39,582 bases of DNA from Chitinophagaceae bacterium (GCA_043789265.1 JAYWIB010000413.1:1-39582); one strand, 5' to 3'. Numbered from the stretch's first letter, positions 18,738 through 28,879 are shown. Notes: generated by a model from the letters alone, not told the origin. Made by a program: numbers and translations.

Positions 18738-18962
18738 AAAGAAAGATTGTCAAAATTCAAAAGTTTTTTTAAGGAAATTCGAATATGTTGACTTGATAAT
18801 TCTGCATCAAGGTGCAAGTTTTAAAAATTAATGCAAGATGACCAGACAATCAATTTAACTTTCGTAAAACTGCAAAATTGGGGGGGGGAGAATAAATTTT
18901 CACTATCGCCATTTTCAACTAATTTTATTTAATTATATTTTTATACCCTTATAACTTCTTTT

Positions 18963-20213
18963 ATGAAAAAATTACATTTAATTCTACTATTTATCTATAT
19001 AGCAGCAGCTCCATCCTGTAAAAAAGTAGCCCCAAACACTTCCCAAGCAAAAATTGCAGTTACAGACCTTGTTTTAAATCAAATTAAACAAATGGGCTAT
19101 AGCACACAGTTAGTAGTTCCGTTTCAAGATGGTTATTTAGTCGAGAACGACATACTGATTAATGTAAAGGATTTGGGAATAAAGCACACAGGAATGTCTC
19201 TCAATATTGCTAAAACAGAACAATATAGAACGACAGCAGTAGTTCAATTTTGGCCACGTACAATAACTATAAGGCTTGAAAATCTATCTTCATTCTATTC
19301 TCAGGCATTGGATGAGGCTATAGCACGATATAATAGATTAAGTTTGGGGCTGACCTTCTTGAGAACAACTTCAATTGCTTCTGATATTAGAGTAATTGGA
19401 TTTTCAGGAGAATCGTACGACCCTCTAGCTTTTGTTGGCGCATCTGTTAACGGAAATACAGGCGGTTTCCCCGGTGGCGGAAATCCTGGAAGTCTAATTA
19501 ATGTGAACACTAATAAAGTTACTCCAATTGAAAGTGTTTTTTGGGCCGCATCTATCTTACAGCATGAAATTGGTCATACAATTGGAATGAGGCATACTGA
19601 CTATATGAACCGATCTTACAGCTGCGGAATAGGGGGGGGGAAGATATTAGTCCATTAGGAGCAATTAATATACCCGGCACACCTACTGTTCCAGATGCCG
19701 AGTCTTTTATTCTATCGTGCTTTGGAACAGCACAAGTATCACGATCTTTTAATACAAATGATATTATAGCCCTGAGTTTTTTATATAGCCCTAATCAAAT
19801 ACCCAGTCCGCAATTTATTTATGAATATTATAATTCATCCAGAGGTGACCATTCATTTGCTTCTAGTTCCAACATACCAAACCAATTTAGTGGCTGGATT
19901 TTAAATGGATCGAGTTTTTAAGGCAAGGATAACACCAGTCTCTGGCACTGTTCCAATATATCAATTTTATCATAATGGCAATGGAGACCATGTTTATTCG
20001 CCAAATATTAATGCAGTTGCAGGGTATTCTGGGTGGCAAAATGATGGCACATCATTTTATGCATATTCAACCCAAGTATCAGGCTCTATTCCGGTATATG
20101 CTTTTTATAATGCCAGTTACACCGATCACTATTATAGCTCTAACCCCAACGCAGTTGCAAATTATTCAGGTTGGTCTTCACAAAGCGTAGCTTTTTATGC
20201 CCTTCCTATATAA
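18963..20213 (+). pseudogene. M57-family (HEIGH) metallopeptidase lipoprotein with C-terminal repeats, split by two frameshifts
   Basis: Lipobox-like APSC, YLVENDI and HEIGHTIGMRHTDY. After the G9 run at 19632 the protein continues in another frame (GAINIPGTP...FNTNDIIAL). It returns to the original frame at the T run near 19915. Confidence 0.8.
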
Positions 20214-20328
20214 ATTATAATCTTTAACCTCAAGAAAAATTTCCCAATGTCCCAGTAAAATATTTGTAATCCAAGATAAGGGGATAATGGTATATTTTAT
20301 TAAAAACTCCAAATTTCAGGTTATCAGA

Positions 20329-21345
20329 ATGCTACTTCTTGAGAAAAAAGAAATTATCCGTCGTTTCCCGGAGAATTACACACCCGGAGAACTGGATTTT
20401 TGTAAAGAGGAGTTTTCCTATTTTACAAATGCAGTTTATGCAGGTTCATTTGAGAATGTTGTTGTCAATGGTGGCGGTTTTGCCTTTGATTCTAGATTCA
20501 GGATAATAAAGGAATCCCTTATACACATCCATCAATTCCACCAGATTAAAAGCATGAAAAGGCTCATTTTAAAATCTAAAAGAAAACTGCCTGACGAAAA
20601 TTACCTGTTGTGTTTTGATGAATGGAGCAGCAACCATTACCATTGGTTCTGCGACTTTCTACCAAGACTATATTGTGCAAAACAATTTCTTGAAAGCCAT
20701 GTCTTGCTGCTGCCTTACAATAATTATGTATGCACCGTTGGCATAGAAATATTAACCAGACTTCAATTGCTTCCACACCGGATTGAATGGATAAGGCCGG
20801 AAGAAATGGTTAAAGCTAAAAGAATAACCATAGTGAACCATCCGGCCATGCCAGGCAAAATTCATGATTTGCTGATAAAAACACTGCATGCCGATATTCA
20901 AAAAACATTCGGGCAAACAGAGTTTTTAGGCAAAAAAATATACATAAGCAGATCGAAGGCCAGATATAGAAATATTCTCAATGAGAAAGAAGTGAGTGGC
21001 CTTTTTAAAGAATACGGCTTTGAAATCATCTGTTTTGAAGATTACAGCATCACTGAGCAAATCAGCATTTCATCCAATTCAGCGGCAATGGCATCAATAC
21101 ATGGAGCCGGACTTACAAATGCCCTGTTTATGAAAGGGGGGTCAAAGATATTGGAATTCAGGCGGGATACAATTTACCACAACCAGTGTTATTGGCATTT
21201 GGCAGATGCACTCAATCATAAGTATTATTATTTATTTGGGCATCCCGATTCTGACAAAGTAATCGAAGGGGGAAATGGATGCAATCTGACTATCCCATTA
21301 CCGCATTTAAAGAATATAATTGAAAAAATAAATGCCGTAGTATAA
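20329..21345 (+). CDS. Glycosyltransferase family 61 (DUF563) protein; start uncertain (20287 or 20329)
   Basis: Motifs NHYHWFCDFLPRL, KIYISR, RNILNE and HGAGLTNALF. Confidence 0.85.
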   Translation: MLLLEKKEIIRRFPENYTPGELDFCKEEFSYFTNAVYAGSFENVVVNGGGFAFDSRFRIIKESLIHIHQFHQIKSMKRLILKSKRKLPDENYLLCFDEWSSNHYHWFCDFLPRLYCAKQFLESHVLLLPYNNYVCTVGIEILTRLQLLPHRIEWIRPEEMVKAKRITIVNHPAMPGKIHDLLIKTLHADIQKTFGQTEFLGKKIYISRSKARYRNILNEKEVSGLFKEYGFEIICFEDYSITEQISISSNSAAMASIHGAGLTNALFMKGGSKILEFRRDTIYHNQCYWHLADALNHKYYYLFGHPDSDKVIEGGNGCNLTIPLPHLKNIIEKINAVV

Positions 21346-21373
21346 CATTACGTTTGGGCTGAACTGTTTTTTA

Positions 21374-22555
21374 TTATAGACTATCTAAAACAGCAAGTAA
21401 TCTTTTGCCGGCAACCTTGATTTCTTCTTCAATTATTACTAACGGTGGTGCTATCCGCAAACAATGCGGAGCAAATAAAAACCAATCAGTAAATACCCCT
21501 TTGGCTATTGCGGCATCTATAATTTTTTTATTTACTTCAAAGCTTTCAAATTCCACCGCTATCATCAGACCACAGCTTCTTACGGCTTTTATTTTATCAT
21601 GCTTTAATAACGAAAGAAAAAGTTTTTCTTTTGCAGCAACGCTGCCAAGTAAATTTTCATCAAGCAACACATTAAAAGCTGCAAGCCCTGCTGCACAGCA
21701 AACAGGATGCCCCCCAAAAGTATTGATATGACCAAGCACAGGATGGTGCGTAAATGAATCCATCATTTTTTTACTGGCAACAAGTGCACCCAGCGGCATG
21801 CCGCCACCCAGCGCTTTGCCCAGCAACAAAATATCTGGCTCCACATTAAATATTTCAAATGCAAACAAAGCGCCATTGCGGCCAAATGCACATTGTATTT
21901 CATCCAGCACCAGTAAGGTTCCTGTATCATCACATCTTTTTCGCAGCGCCTGCAGCCAGTTATTTGCTGGCACCAGTACGCCGGCTTCTGCCTGTACAGT
22001 TTCAGCCACCACGCAGGCTGTTCTTTCTGTAATTTGAGAAAGGTCATCAAAAGAATTATACCGCAGTTGCAGCACATCAGGCAGCAATGGCCGGAAGGCA
22101 TTGCGCCAGTATTCATCTCCCATTATACTCAATGCGCCCTGCGTACTTCCATGATAACTATTTTTAAAAGAAACTATCTGGGTGCGGCCAGTAAAACGTT
22201 TGGACAGTTTCATAGCTCCTTCAGTGGCTTCACTGCCACTGGCGGTAAAAAAAACTGAATCGAGTGAAGCGGGTAAATGTGCTGTTAGTTTTTGTGCATA
22301 TGCTACCTGCGGTGTTTCCACCAGTTCGCCATACACCATTATGTGGAGGTAATCATCCAACTGATTTTTTATGGCTTCAATAACCCGTGGATGGCGGTGA
22401 CCAACATTGCATACACTAATACCGGCAATGAGGTCAATGTATTCTTTTCCGGCTGCATCCCACATACGGCTGCCTGCAGCTTTTACAATGTGCAATGCTA
22501 AAGGCGCTTCAGATGTTTGCCCCACATGATTTAAAAATAATTGCCGCTGCGTCAT
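21374..22555 (-). CDS. Class III PLP aminotransferase (acetylornithine aminotransferase-like)
   Basis: Motifs SGSEATEGA, SYHGST, DEIQCAFGR, GKALGGG and TFGGHP. Confidence 0.9.
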   Translation of the reverse strand: MTQRQLFLNHVGQTSEAPLALHIVKAAGSRMWDAAGKEYIDLIAGISVCNVGHRHPRVIEAIKNQLDDYLHIMVYGELVETPQVAYAQKLTAHLPASLDSVFFTASGSEATEGAMKLSKRFTGRTQIVSFKNSYHGSTQGALSIMGDEYWRNAFRPLLPDVLQLRYNSFDDLSQITERTACVVAETVQAEAGVLVPANNWLQALRKRCDDTGTLLVLDEIQCAFGRNGALFAFEIFNVEPDILLLGKALGGGMPLGALVASKKMMDSFTHHPVLGHINTFGGHPVCCAAGLAAFNVLLDENLLGSVAAKEKLFLSLLKHDKIKAVRSCGLMIAVEFESFEVNKKIIDAAIAKGVFTDWFLFAPHCLRIAPPLVIIEEEIKVAGKRLLAVLDSL

Positions 22556-22898
22556 ACCTGCAAATTTCGGCGGGAAAGTTTGATATTTGAATAAATATTA
22601 AAACCTGCTACAGTACATCATTTTAAAAAACATAAAAATTTAACGTGTGCCGTAGCCTGGAATATTTCTGGAAAATGTGCTGTAGAAAATAAAAGGGAAA
22701 TCAAAAATTTGTAAACGTTCAATAGAATTGAGTTAAAAAAAATTAGCGTTTGTTTAAAATGATTTCAAAGAATATCATTGAGTGCCTTGAGGAAATGAAT
22801 GCTTGCCACCACCTCCACGAATGATTCGTATTTATTTCTGTGATTCGTGGCTCAAAAAACAATTTTAAACAACCCCTTACTAAAATAAAAAAAATAGT

Positions 22899-23435
22899 AT
22901 GCCTGTAATTCTTCCTGTAAAAAATATTTACCCTGTGATGGGTGCCAATTGTTTTATTGCTCCTAATGCCACTATTGTGGGTGATGTGTTGATGGGAGAT
23001 GAATGCAGCGTATGGTTCAATGCTGTACTGCGGGGCGATGTTAACAGCATCCAGATGGGCAACCGGGTAAATGTGCAGGATGGCGCCGTTATCCACTGCA
23101 CTTTTGAAAAAACAAAAGCCATCATTGGAAATAATGTGAGCATCGGACACAATGCAATTGTACATGGATGCGTTATAGATGATAATGTACTCGTGGGCAT
23201 GGGCGCCATCGTGATGGACAATGTAAAAGTGGGGAGTAACAGCATCGTTGCAGCAGGCGCAGTGGTGCTTGAAAATACAGTAATAGAACCCTGCAGTATC
23301 TACGCAGGTGTGCCGGCAAAAAAAGTAAAAGACATATCGCAGGAATTGATAAGTGGTGAAATAAACAGGATTGCTGAAAATTATGTGAAGTACAGCAGTT
23401 GGTTTACAACAGCAGAAAAAAGTGAAAACGAATAA
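22899..23435 (+). CDS. Gamma carbonic anhydrase family protein
   Basis: Motifs VLRGDVN, NVQDG and IGHNAIVHGC, with hexapeptide repeats. Confidence 0.93.
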   Translation: MPVILPVKNIYPVMGANCFIAPNATIVGDVLMGDECSVWFNAVLRGDVNSIQMGNRVNVQDGAVIHCTFEKTKAIIGNNVSIGHNAIVHGCVIDDNVLVGMGAIVMDNVKVGSNSIVAAGAVVLENTVIEPCSIYAGVPAKKVKDISQELISGEINRIAENYVKYSSWFTTAEKSENE

Positions 23436-23463
23436 GGTTGTAGAAAAAAATTATATTTGGTGT

Positions 23464-23664
23464 ATGAAAAAAGGGGTACTTGCTTTAACGGTAATATTTT
23501 TTATGGGCAGTTGCGCTGTTTTTAAAAAGAAGGACAAATATGGCTGCCCCAGCGACGGAAGAAATGTGGGCGCAGAAAAATTATTATCAGGCGACGCTAA
23601 AGATGCCGGTGATATAAAGGCGGCACGCAAGGCAAAATACCGGGGAGGTAAAATCAGTTATTGA
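23464..23664 (+). CDS. Small basic lipoprotein
   Basis: MKK, hydrophobic stretch and MGSC lipobox; YGCP motif; TAnnTTTG just upstream. Confidence 0.7.
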   Translation: MKKGVLALTVIFFMGSCAVFKKKDKYGCPSDGRNVGAEKLLSGDAKDAGDIKAARKAKYRGGKISY

Positions 23665-23725
23665 TAAAAGCATATAGTTGCTTACCCACCGCAATAAAAA
23701 TCCGTAACCTATAAATCCCTATACC

Positions 23726-24028
23726 ATGTGCTATCACCTTACTACAAAAAACGGCAACACCGAAGCCGTAATTGATGACAACTGCGGTATTTCTAAATTC
23801 TACGCAATTGCCGATACATTGAGCGCCGATCTGCAGGTATGTTTTTTAAATCAGGTAGACGACGCAGAAACTCTCGACTGGGACTTTACTTACAAAAACC
23901 AGTTGCTTACATTGCACTACAACATTTTTAACGGCGTATCCATTTTTCCGCAGCATACAAAAAGTATACAGCAGGAAAATAATGCGGTAATGGAAGTGGC
24001 ACATTTTCTTGAGCGCAGGGCATACTAA
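23726..24028 (+). CDS. Hypothetical protein (possibly DUF3630-like)
   Basis: A 100-aa ORF that fills the gap and has plausible composition; the family guess is weak. Confidence 0.6.
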   Translation: MCYHLTTKNGNTEAVIDDNCGISKFYAIADTLSADLQVCFLNQVDDAETLDWDFTYKNQLLTLHYNIFNGVSIFPQHTKSIQQENNAVMEVAHFLERRAY

Positions 24029-24955
24029 TCAATACGCTTTTTCTTCAATGCTGTCCAGTATATTCAGATAACTGGCGTATCGCTCATAATGCACGGCCCC
24101 ATTGTTTACGGCATGCTTTACCGCACAGCCGGGTTCATTGGTATGTATACAGTTATTGAACTGGCAGTTGTTCATCAGCACCCTCATTTCAGGAAAGTAA
24201 TGAGCAAGCTCCTGCCTGGAAATATCCACCAGCCCCAGTTCCCTGATGCCTGGTGTATCTATAATTCTTCCGCCGCCGGGTAAATTAAACATCTCTGCAA
24301 AAGTGGTGGTGTGCAATCCCTTGCCGCTCCATCCGCTTACATCCTGTGTTTTTAAATGCAGTACAGGAAATAAAATATTTATAAAAGAAGATTTTCCCAC
24401 CCCAGAATGACCACTGATTAAAGTGGTCTTATTTATCAACTGTGCCATTACCTCTTTTAATCCCAGCCCGTTTTCAATACTCATTAAAAATACTTTGTAG
24501 CCAATGGCTTCATACATGGTTTTAGCGGCTTCAAACTTTTCTTCTTCTTTTTGTTTGTATAAATCAGCTTTATTAAAAACAATGATGGAAGGAATGTGAT
24601 ACGCTTCGGAAGTGATTAAAAAACGATCAATAAAACCCAGCGATGTTTTGGGATCTTTTAATGTGGCAAATAACAAAGACTGATCAAGATTGGAAGCAAT
24701 GATGTGGTGCTTATTTTTATTGGCGGGTGAAAGCCGGGTTACATAATTTCTCCTGTCATCAATGGCTGTAATGGTAACAGAATTTTCGAGTTCATTTTCT
24801 GTTTCAATATTCACCACATCTCCCACCGCTACAGGATTGGTGCTGGTAAGTCCGTCCATTTTAAACTTGCCCGGCATCCTGGCATTATATATGGTACCAT
24901 CATCACGCTGTACCAGGTACCAACTGCCGGTGCTTTTATAAACCGTTGCTTTCAT
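24029..24955 (-). CDS. rsgA: Ribosome small subunit-dependent GTPase A
   Basis: NKAD, GHSGVGKSS, HTTT, DTPG and the C-x4-C-x-H-x5-C zinc finger. Confidence 0.96.
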   Translation of the reverse strand: MKATVYKSTGSWYLVQRDDGTIYNARMPGKFKMDGLTSTNPVAVGDVVNIETENELENSVTITAIDDRRNYVTRLSPANKNKHHIIASNLDQSLLFATLKDPKTSLGFIDRFLITSEAYHIPSIIVFNKADLYKQKEEEKFEAAKTMYEAIGYKVFLMSIENGLGLKEVMAQLINKTTLISGHSGVGKSSFINILFPVLHLKTQDVSGWSGKGLHTTTFAEMFNLPGGGRIIDTPGIRELGLVDISRQELAHYFPEMRVLMNNCQFNNCIHTNEPGCAVKHAVNNGAVHYERYASYLNILDSIEEKAY

Positions 24956-25014
24956 TGCTGCGAATTTCATTAAATAAAATGAATAGAGCCGCTTAATATT
25001 TTTACTAAAAAACG

Positions 25015-26016
25015 TTATGGAAATTTACGCAGGATGGTATAGCGCAGAATTACTTCCAGCAAAAGACAGCAAAGGCCAAGCAATATAAAAGGAAAATACT
25101 TTTCTGTAAATCTTGCAATGGTGGATATTTCCACCTTTGATTTTTCGAGTCCGTCTATTTCTTTATAAATATTTTCGAGCCCTGCATTGTCTTTGGCCCT
25201 AAAATATCTTCCGCCCGTTTCTGCTGCAATCTGTGTAAGTAATTTTTCATCAATGGTTACTTTCTGCTGCTGCACTATTACACCCAACGCTGTTTTTACA
25301 GGAAAGGGTGCATAGCCATCTGTACCCACACCAATGGTGTACACTTTTATACCAAATGCTTTTGCAATCTCTTTTGCATTCAATGGCCCGATTAATCCGC
25401 CATTGTTTTCACCATCCGTAAGTAAAATAACCACTTTGGTTGTTGCCTTGCTGCTGCGTAGCCTGTCTACACTTGTGGAAAGACCGTCACCAATGGCGGT
25501 GCCATCTTCCAGCAATCCGTTACGGATATTTTCTACTGCCGATTTTAAAACGGGTTTATCCGTGGTAAGCGGGCATTGTGTAAAGCTTTCGCCTGAAAAA
25601 ATTACTACACCTATCCTGTCGGTAAGCCTGCTGTCAATAAAATCTGCAGCTACTTTTTTTGCAGCTTCCATACGGTTGGGTGTAAAGTCCTGGGCTGTCA
25701 TACTGCCGCTTACATCTATGCACAATACAATGTCCACACCCTCACCTTCGGCATACTGCTCTTCACTTTTTATTTGTGGCCTTGCCAGGGCAATGATAAA
25801 AAAGAGCAGGGCAAGCAGGCGCAATACAAAAGGAAAATGACGGAAAATATTTTTCCACGAATACAGCCCTGCAAAACTTTTTAAAGACGACACTTTAACG
25901 GAACTCTGGCTGCTGCTGCCAAAAATATACCTGGCTGCAAGCAATGGAAGCAGCAGCAGCACCCACAGCAACTGCGGGTTAGCAAAACTTATATTTTTAA
26001 AGTAATCAAAAATCAA
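25015..26016 (-). CDS. batA: VWA domain protein BatA
   Basis: Motifs ALARPQ, MIDAS DVSGSM, GTAIGD, LTDGENN and TGGRYFRA. Confidence 0.88.
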   Translation of the reverse strand: MIFDYFKNISFANPQLLWVLLLLPLLAARYIFGSSSQSSVKVSSLKSFAGLYSWKNIFRHFPFVLRLLALLFFIIALARPQIKSEEQYAEGEGVDIVLCIDVSGSMTAQDFTPNRMEAAKKVAADFIDSRLTDRIGVVIFSGESFTQCPLTTDKPVLKSAVENIRNGLLEDGTAIGDGLSTSVDRLRSSKATTKVVILLTDGENNGGLIGPLNAKEIAKAFGIKVYTIGVGTDGYAPFPVKTALGVIVQQQKVTIDEKLLTQIAAETGGRYFRAKDNAGLENIYKEIDGLEKSKVEISTIARFTEKYFPFILLGLCCLLLEVILRYTILRKFP

Positions 26017-26022
26017 AACTGC

Positions 26023-26973
26023 TTATTGTTTATTCGTTAATGGTTTTTCTTCCAGTGTCCGGATAGTCTTTATTACAGCATCTGTACATTCATTGTTTAC
26101 ATCCTGTGGCGGAAAATATTTCGCAAATTTTACTGCATCACCTGTACGCAGTGCGCCGGCAATAACTGCAAGTGCCGCCGTGTCTTTAAGTTTATCGCTG
26201 AGCAACAGCAGCACATCACCGGAGGTTTTATTCAGGTAAAGTACATTGTCCTTTCTTGATAAATACCGCCTGAGGATATCCGCCAATTTTGTATGGATTT
26301 TTTTTACCTCATCAGGATGCGATGCGTTCATTTTTTTTACCAGTTGCAGCTCCTGCATGGCTTCATCAAGTGGTGATAACGCTGCTTTAAAAATCTGAGT
26401 GGCCTTATTTTTTTTCCAGTGACGGTAAAACCAAATGATAAATACAACCAGCGCAGCCAATAATATTGCGGCAGCTATCCAGTACCACATTGTATTTTCT
26501 TTTTCAGCACCCCTTACAGGTTTTATATCACGCAGGTTACTGCTGGTATCCGATGTAGAAAAAGAAACAATAACGGGAAATGAATCTGTAAAAATTGACA
26601 CAGGCGCTGCATTTCCTGTGCGTCCAAAATTCATTTTTACCGGGGGCAGCGTCCACCTGCCCGAATCAAAACTTGTAATGATAAATTGCTGTGCGATGGA
26701 ACTAAGTTCACCATTCGCATACACAGAATCTGCTTTAGATTTATCAACCACTTCAAAATGTTCCATTGAATCGGGCAATACAGGCAGCGAAGGAATAAAG
26801 GCACTTCCATTAAAACTGGCCTGTACAGATAAAGTGATTTGTTCGCCAATCAATATCTCATTTTTATCAATAGAAGAACGCACTACGGGATACTGTGCAT
26901 GGCATATACTTACGATAAGTATGCTCAGCAGTGTAATCCACAATTTATATGAACGGGAAAATTTTCGCTCCAT
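26023..26973 (-). CDS. Bat-cluster membrane-anchored protein (BatD-like N-terminus)
   Basis: ILIGEQI, ITSFDSG, LRDIKP, one TM helix and DAVKFAK; lies between DUF58 and batA. Confidence 0.75.
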   Translation of the reverse strand: MERKFSRSYKLWITLLSILIVSICHAQYPVVRSSIDKNEILIGEQITLSVQASFNGSAFIPSLPVLPDSMEHFEVVDKSKADSVYANGELSSIAQQFIITSFDSGRWTLPPVKMNFGRTGNAAPVSIFTDSFPVIVSFSTSDTSSNLRDIKPVRGAEKENTMWYWIAAAILLAALVVFIIWFYRHWKKNKATQIFKAALSPLDEAMQELQLVKKMNASHPDEVKKIHTKLADILRRYLSRKDNVLYLNKTSGDVLLLLSDKLKDTAALAVIAGALRTGDAVKFAKYFPPQDVNNECTDAVIKTIRTLEEKPLTNKQ

Positions 26974-26992
26974 TGTTCCGCACCAGCGGGGT

Positions 26993-27862
26993 TTAACTTC
27001 TTTTGATAAAAAATTTCTGCAGCACTTTTACATAATCTTCATCCGTGCGTATGTGCAGTAAATCAGCAGCAGCCTTGCGAAAATAATTTTTGCACAATTC
27101 ACTCTGCTCCATAAATTTTTTCCGGTAATTATACTGCACCATTTTATTACTGCTGTCTATCCACTTCATTTTACGTGTTTCTAAGTCTTCCACCTGCAGC
27201 AGGCCTGCATCCGGCAGCTCCATATCCATACGGTCGTATATGCGGAGGCCAATTACATCATGGCGGCCACCAATTACTTTTAAATCATTTTCATAAACAG
27301 CATCTGTAAAGTCGCTCATTAAAAATGCAATGCTTTTTTGACCTGATGCCTTGTTAAAAAACTTAATGGCATCTTCCATCCTTGTGCTGTTGCCCGTTGG
27401 CTCTGCAGTAAGCAGTTCCCTTACTATGTAAAGTGCATGTTGCCTTCCTTTTTTTGGTGCGATGTATTTTTCAATTTTATCACTGAAAAAAATTGCGCCT
27501 ACCTTATCATTGTTACTGATAGCGCTAAAGGTAAGTACAGCCCCAATTTCGGTTATGATATCTTTTTTACGCCGCTGAACGGTGCCAAAAAAGTTGCTGG
27601 CACTGATATCCACCAGTAAAAAAACAGTGAGCTCTCTTTCTTCTTCAAAAACTTTTGTAAACGGATGACTGAATCTTGCACTTACATTCCAGTCAATAAA
27701 ACGTACATCATCACCGGGATAATATTCCCTTACTTCTCTAAACCGCATGCCCTTTCCTTTAAAAGCAGAATGATACTCACCTGTAAAAAGATGGGTGGTA
27801 ATTTTCTTGCTTTTTATTTCAAGCTCTTTTACCTTCTTTATTATTTGTTCTGTTGTAAGCAA
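26993..27862 (-). CDS. DUF58 protein
   Basis: Motifs GEYHSAFKGKG, VREYYPGDDVRFIDWNVSAR and FEEERE. Confidence 0.93.
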   Translation of the reverse strand: MLTTEQIIKKVKELEIKSKKITTHLFTGEYHSAFKGKGMRFREVREYYPGDDVRFIDWNVSARFSHPFTKVFEEERELTVFLLVDISASNFFGTVQRRKKDIITEIGAVLTFSAISNNDKVGAIFFSDKIEKYIAPKKGRQHALYIVRELLTAEPTGNSTRMEDAIKFFNKASGQKSIAFLMSDFTDAVYENDLKVIGGRHDVIGLRIYDRMDMELPDAGLLQVEDLETRKMKWIDSSNKMVQYNYRKKFMEQSELCKNYFRKAAADLLHIRTDEDYVKVLQKFFIKRS

Positions 27863-27877
27863 GCGTATGGATTTATA

Positions 27878-28879
27878 TTAAGGCACATGCACTACTCTTA
27901 TTATTTCATTTATTATCTCATTGGTATTTACATTTTCAGCTTCTGCTTCGTAGGTAAGGCCTATGCGGTGCTGCAATACATCTTTGCAAATACTCCTTAC
28001 ATCTTCAGGAATTACATAGCCACGCTTGTTTAAAAATGCATATGCTTTTGCCGCAAGTGCCAGATTAATGCTCGCTCTTGGTGAGCCGCCAAAACCAATA
28101 AGCCCTTTTAATTTTTGTAAATTATATTTATCTGGAAAGCGGGTGGCAAACACAATGTCCAGGATATAATTTTCTACTTTCTCATCGAGGTAAACCTGAC
28201 GCACCAGTTCTTTTGCAGTTAATATTTCGCTGGTAGATGCCACAGGATAAATCTTTTCGGCAGTAAGCGCCTGTGTGTTTTGCCTTATTATCTGCTGCTC
28301 ATCCTGCTTGGAGGGATAATCAATAATAACTTTAAGCATAAACCTGTCTACCTGTGCTTCGGGCAGCGGATAGGTTCCTTCCTGCTCAATGGGGTTTTGC
28401 GTAGCCAGTACTAAAAAAGGTTCATCCAGTTTATAAGTAGTATCACCAATGGTTACATGCCTTTCCTGCATGGCTTCCAGCAAGGCACTCTGCACCTTTG
28501 CCGGCGCCCTGTTTATTTCATCGGCCAGTATAAAGTTGGAAAAAATGGGACCCTTGCGTACATAAAATTCATTCTTCGCCTGGTTATAAATCATGGTACC
28601 CACCACATCCGCAGGCAATAAATCGGGCGTAAACTGTATGCGGCTGAAATTGGCCTGTATGGCCTGCGCCAGCGACTTTATAGCAAGCGTTTTTGCCAGA
28701 CCGGGCACACCTTCCAGCAATACATGTCCATTGCTGAGCAGCCCTATCATCAGCCGCTCTATCATACCATACTGCCCTACAATTACCTTGCTTAATTCAT
28801 TGTTGATTCGTGTAACAAAACCTGATGCATGGCTTATTCTTTCATTTAGCAGGCGTATATCTTCCGCTGTTTGTTGCAT
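27878..28879 (-). CDS. moxR: MoxR family AAA ATPase
   Basis: Motifs GVPGLAKT, RIQFTPDLLP, DEINRAPAKVQSALLE and ATQNPIEQEGTYPLPEAQ. Confidence 0.95.
   Translation of the reverse strand: MQQTAEDIRLLNERISHASGFVTRINNELSKVIVGQYGMIERLMIGLLSNGHVLLEGVPGLAKTLAIKSLAQAIQANFSRIQFTPDLLPADVVGTMIYNQAKNEFYVRKGPIFSNFILADEINRAPAKVQSALLEAMQERHVTIGDTTYKLDEPFLVLATQNPIEQEGTYPLPEAQVDRFMLKVIIDYPSKQDEQQIIRQNTQALTAEKIYPVASTSEILTAKELVRQVYLDEKVENYILDIVFATRFPDKYNLQKLKGLIGFGGSPRASINLALAAKAYAFLNKRGYVIPEDVRSICKDVLQHRIGLTYEAEAENVNTNEIINEIIRVVHVP

Noticed and set aside
22743-23165. 140-aa minus-strand ORF
   Set aside because: It is mostly antisense to the gamma carbonic anhydrase and has no recognisable features.
25015-28879. 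moxR-DUF58-batA cluster as a novel system
   Set aside because: This is the well-known Bat/MoxR arrangement; the absence of batB-E here probably just reflects a split locus.
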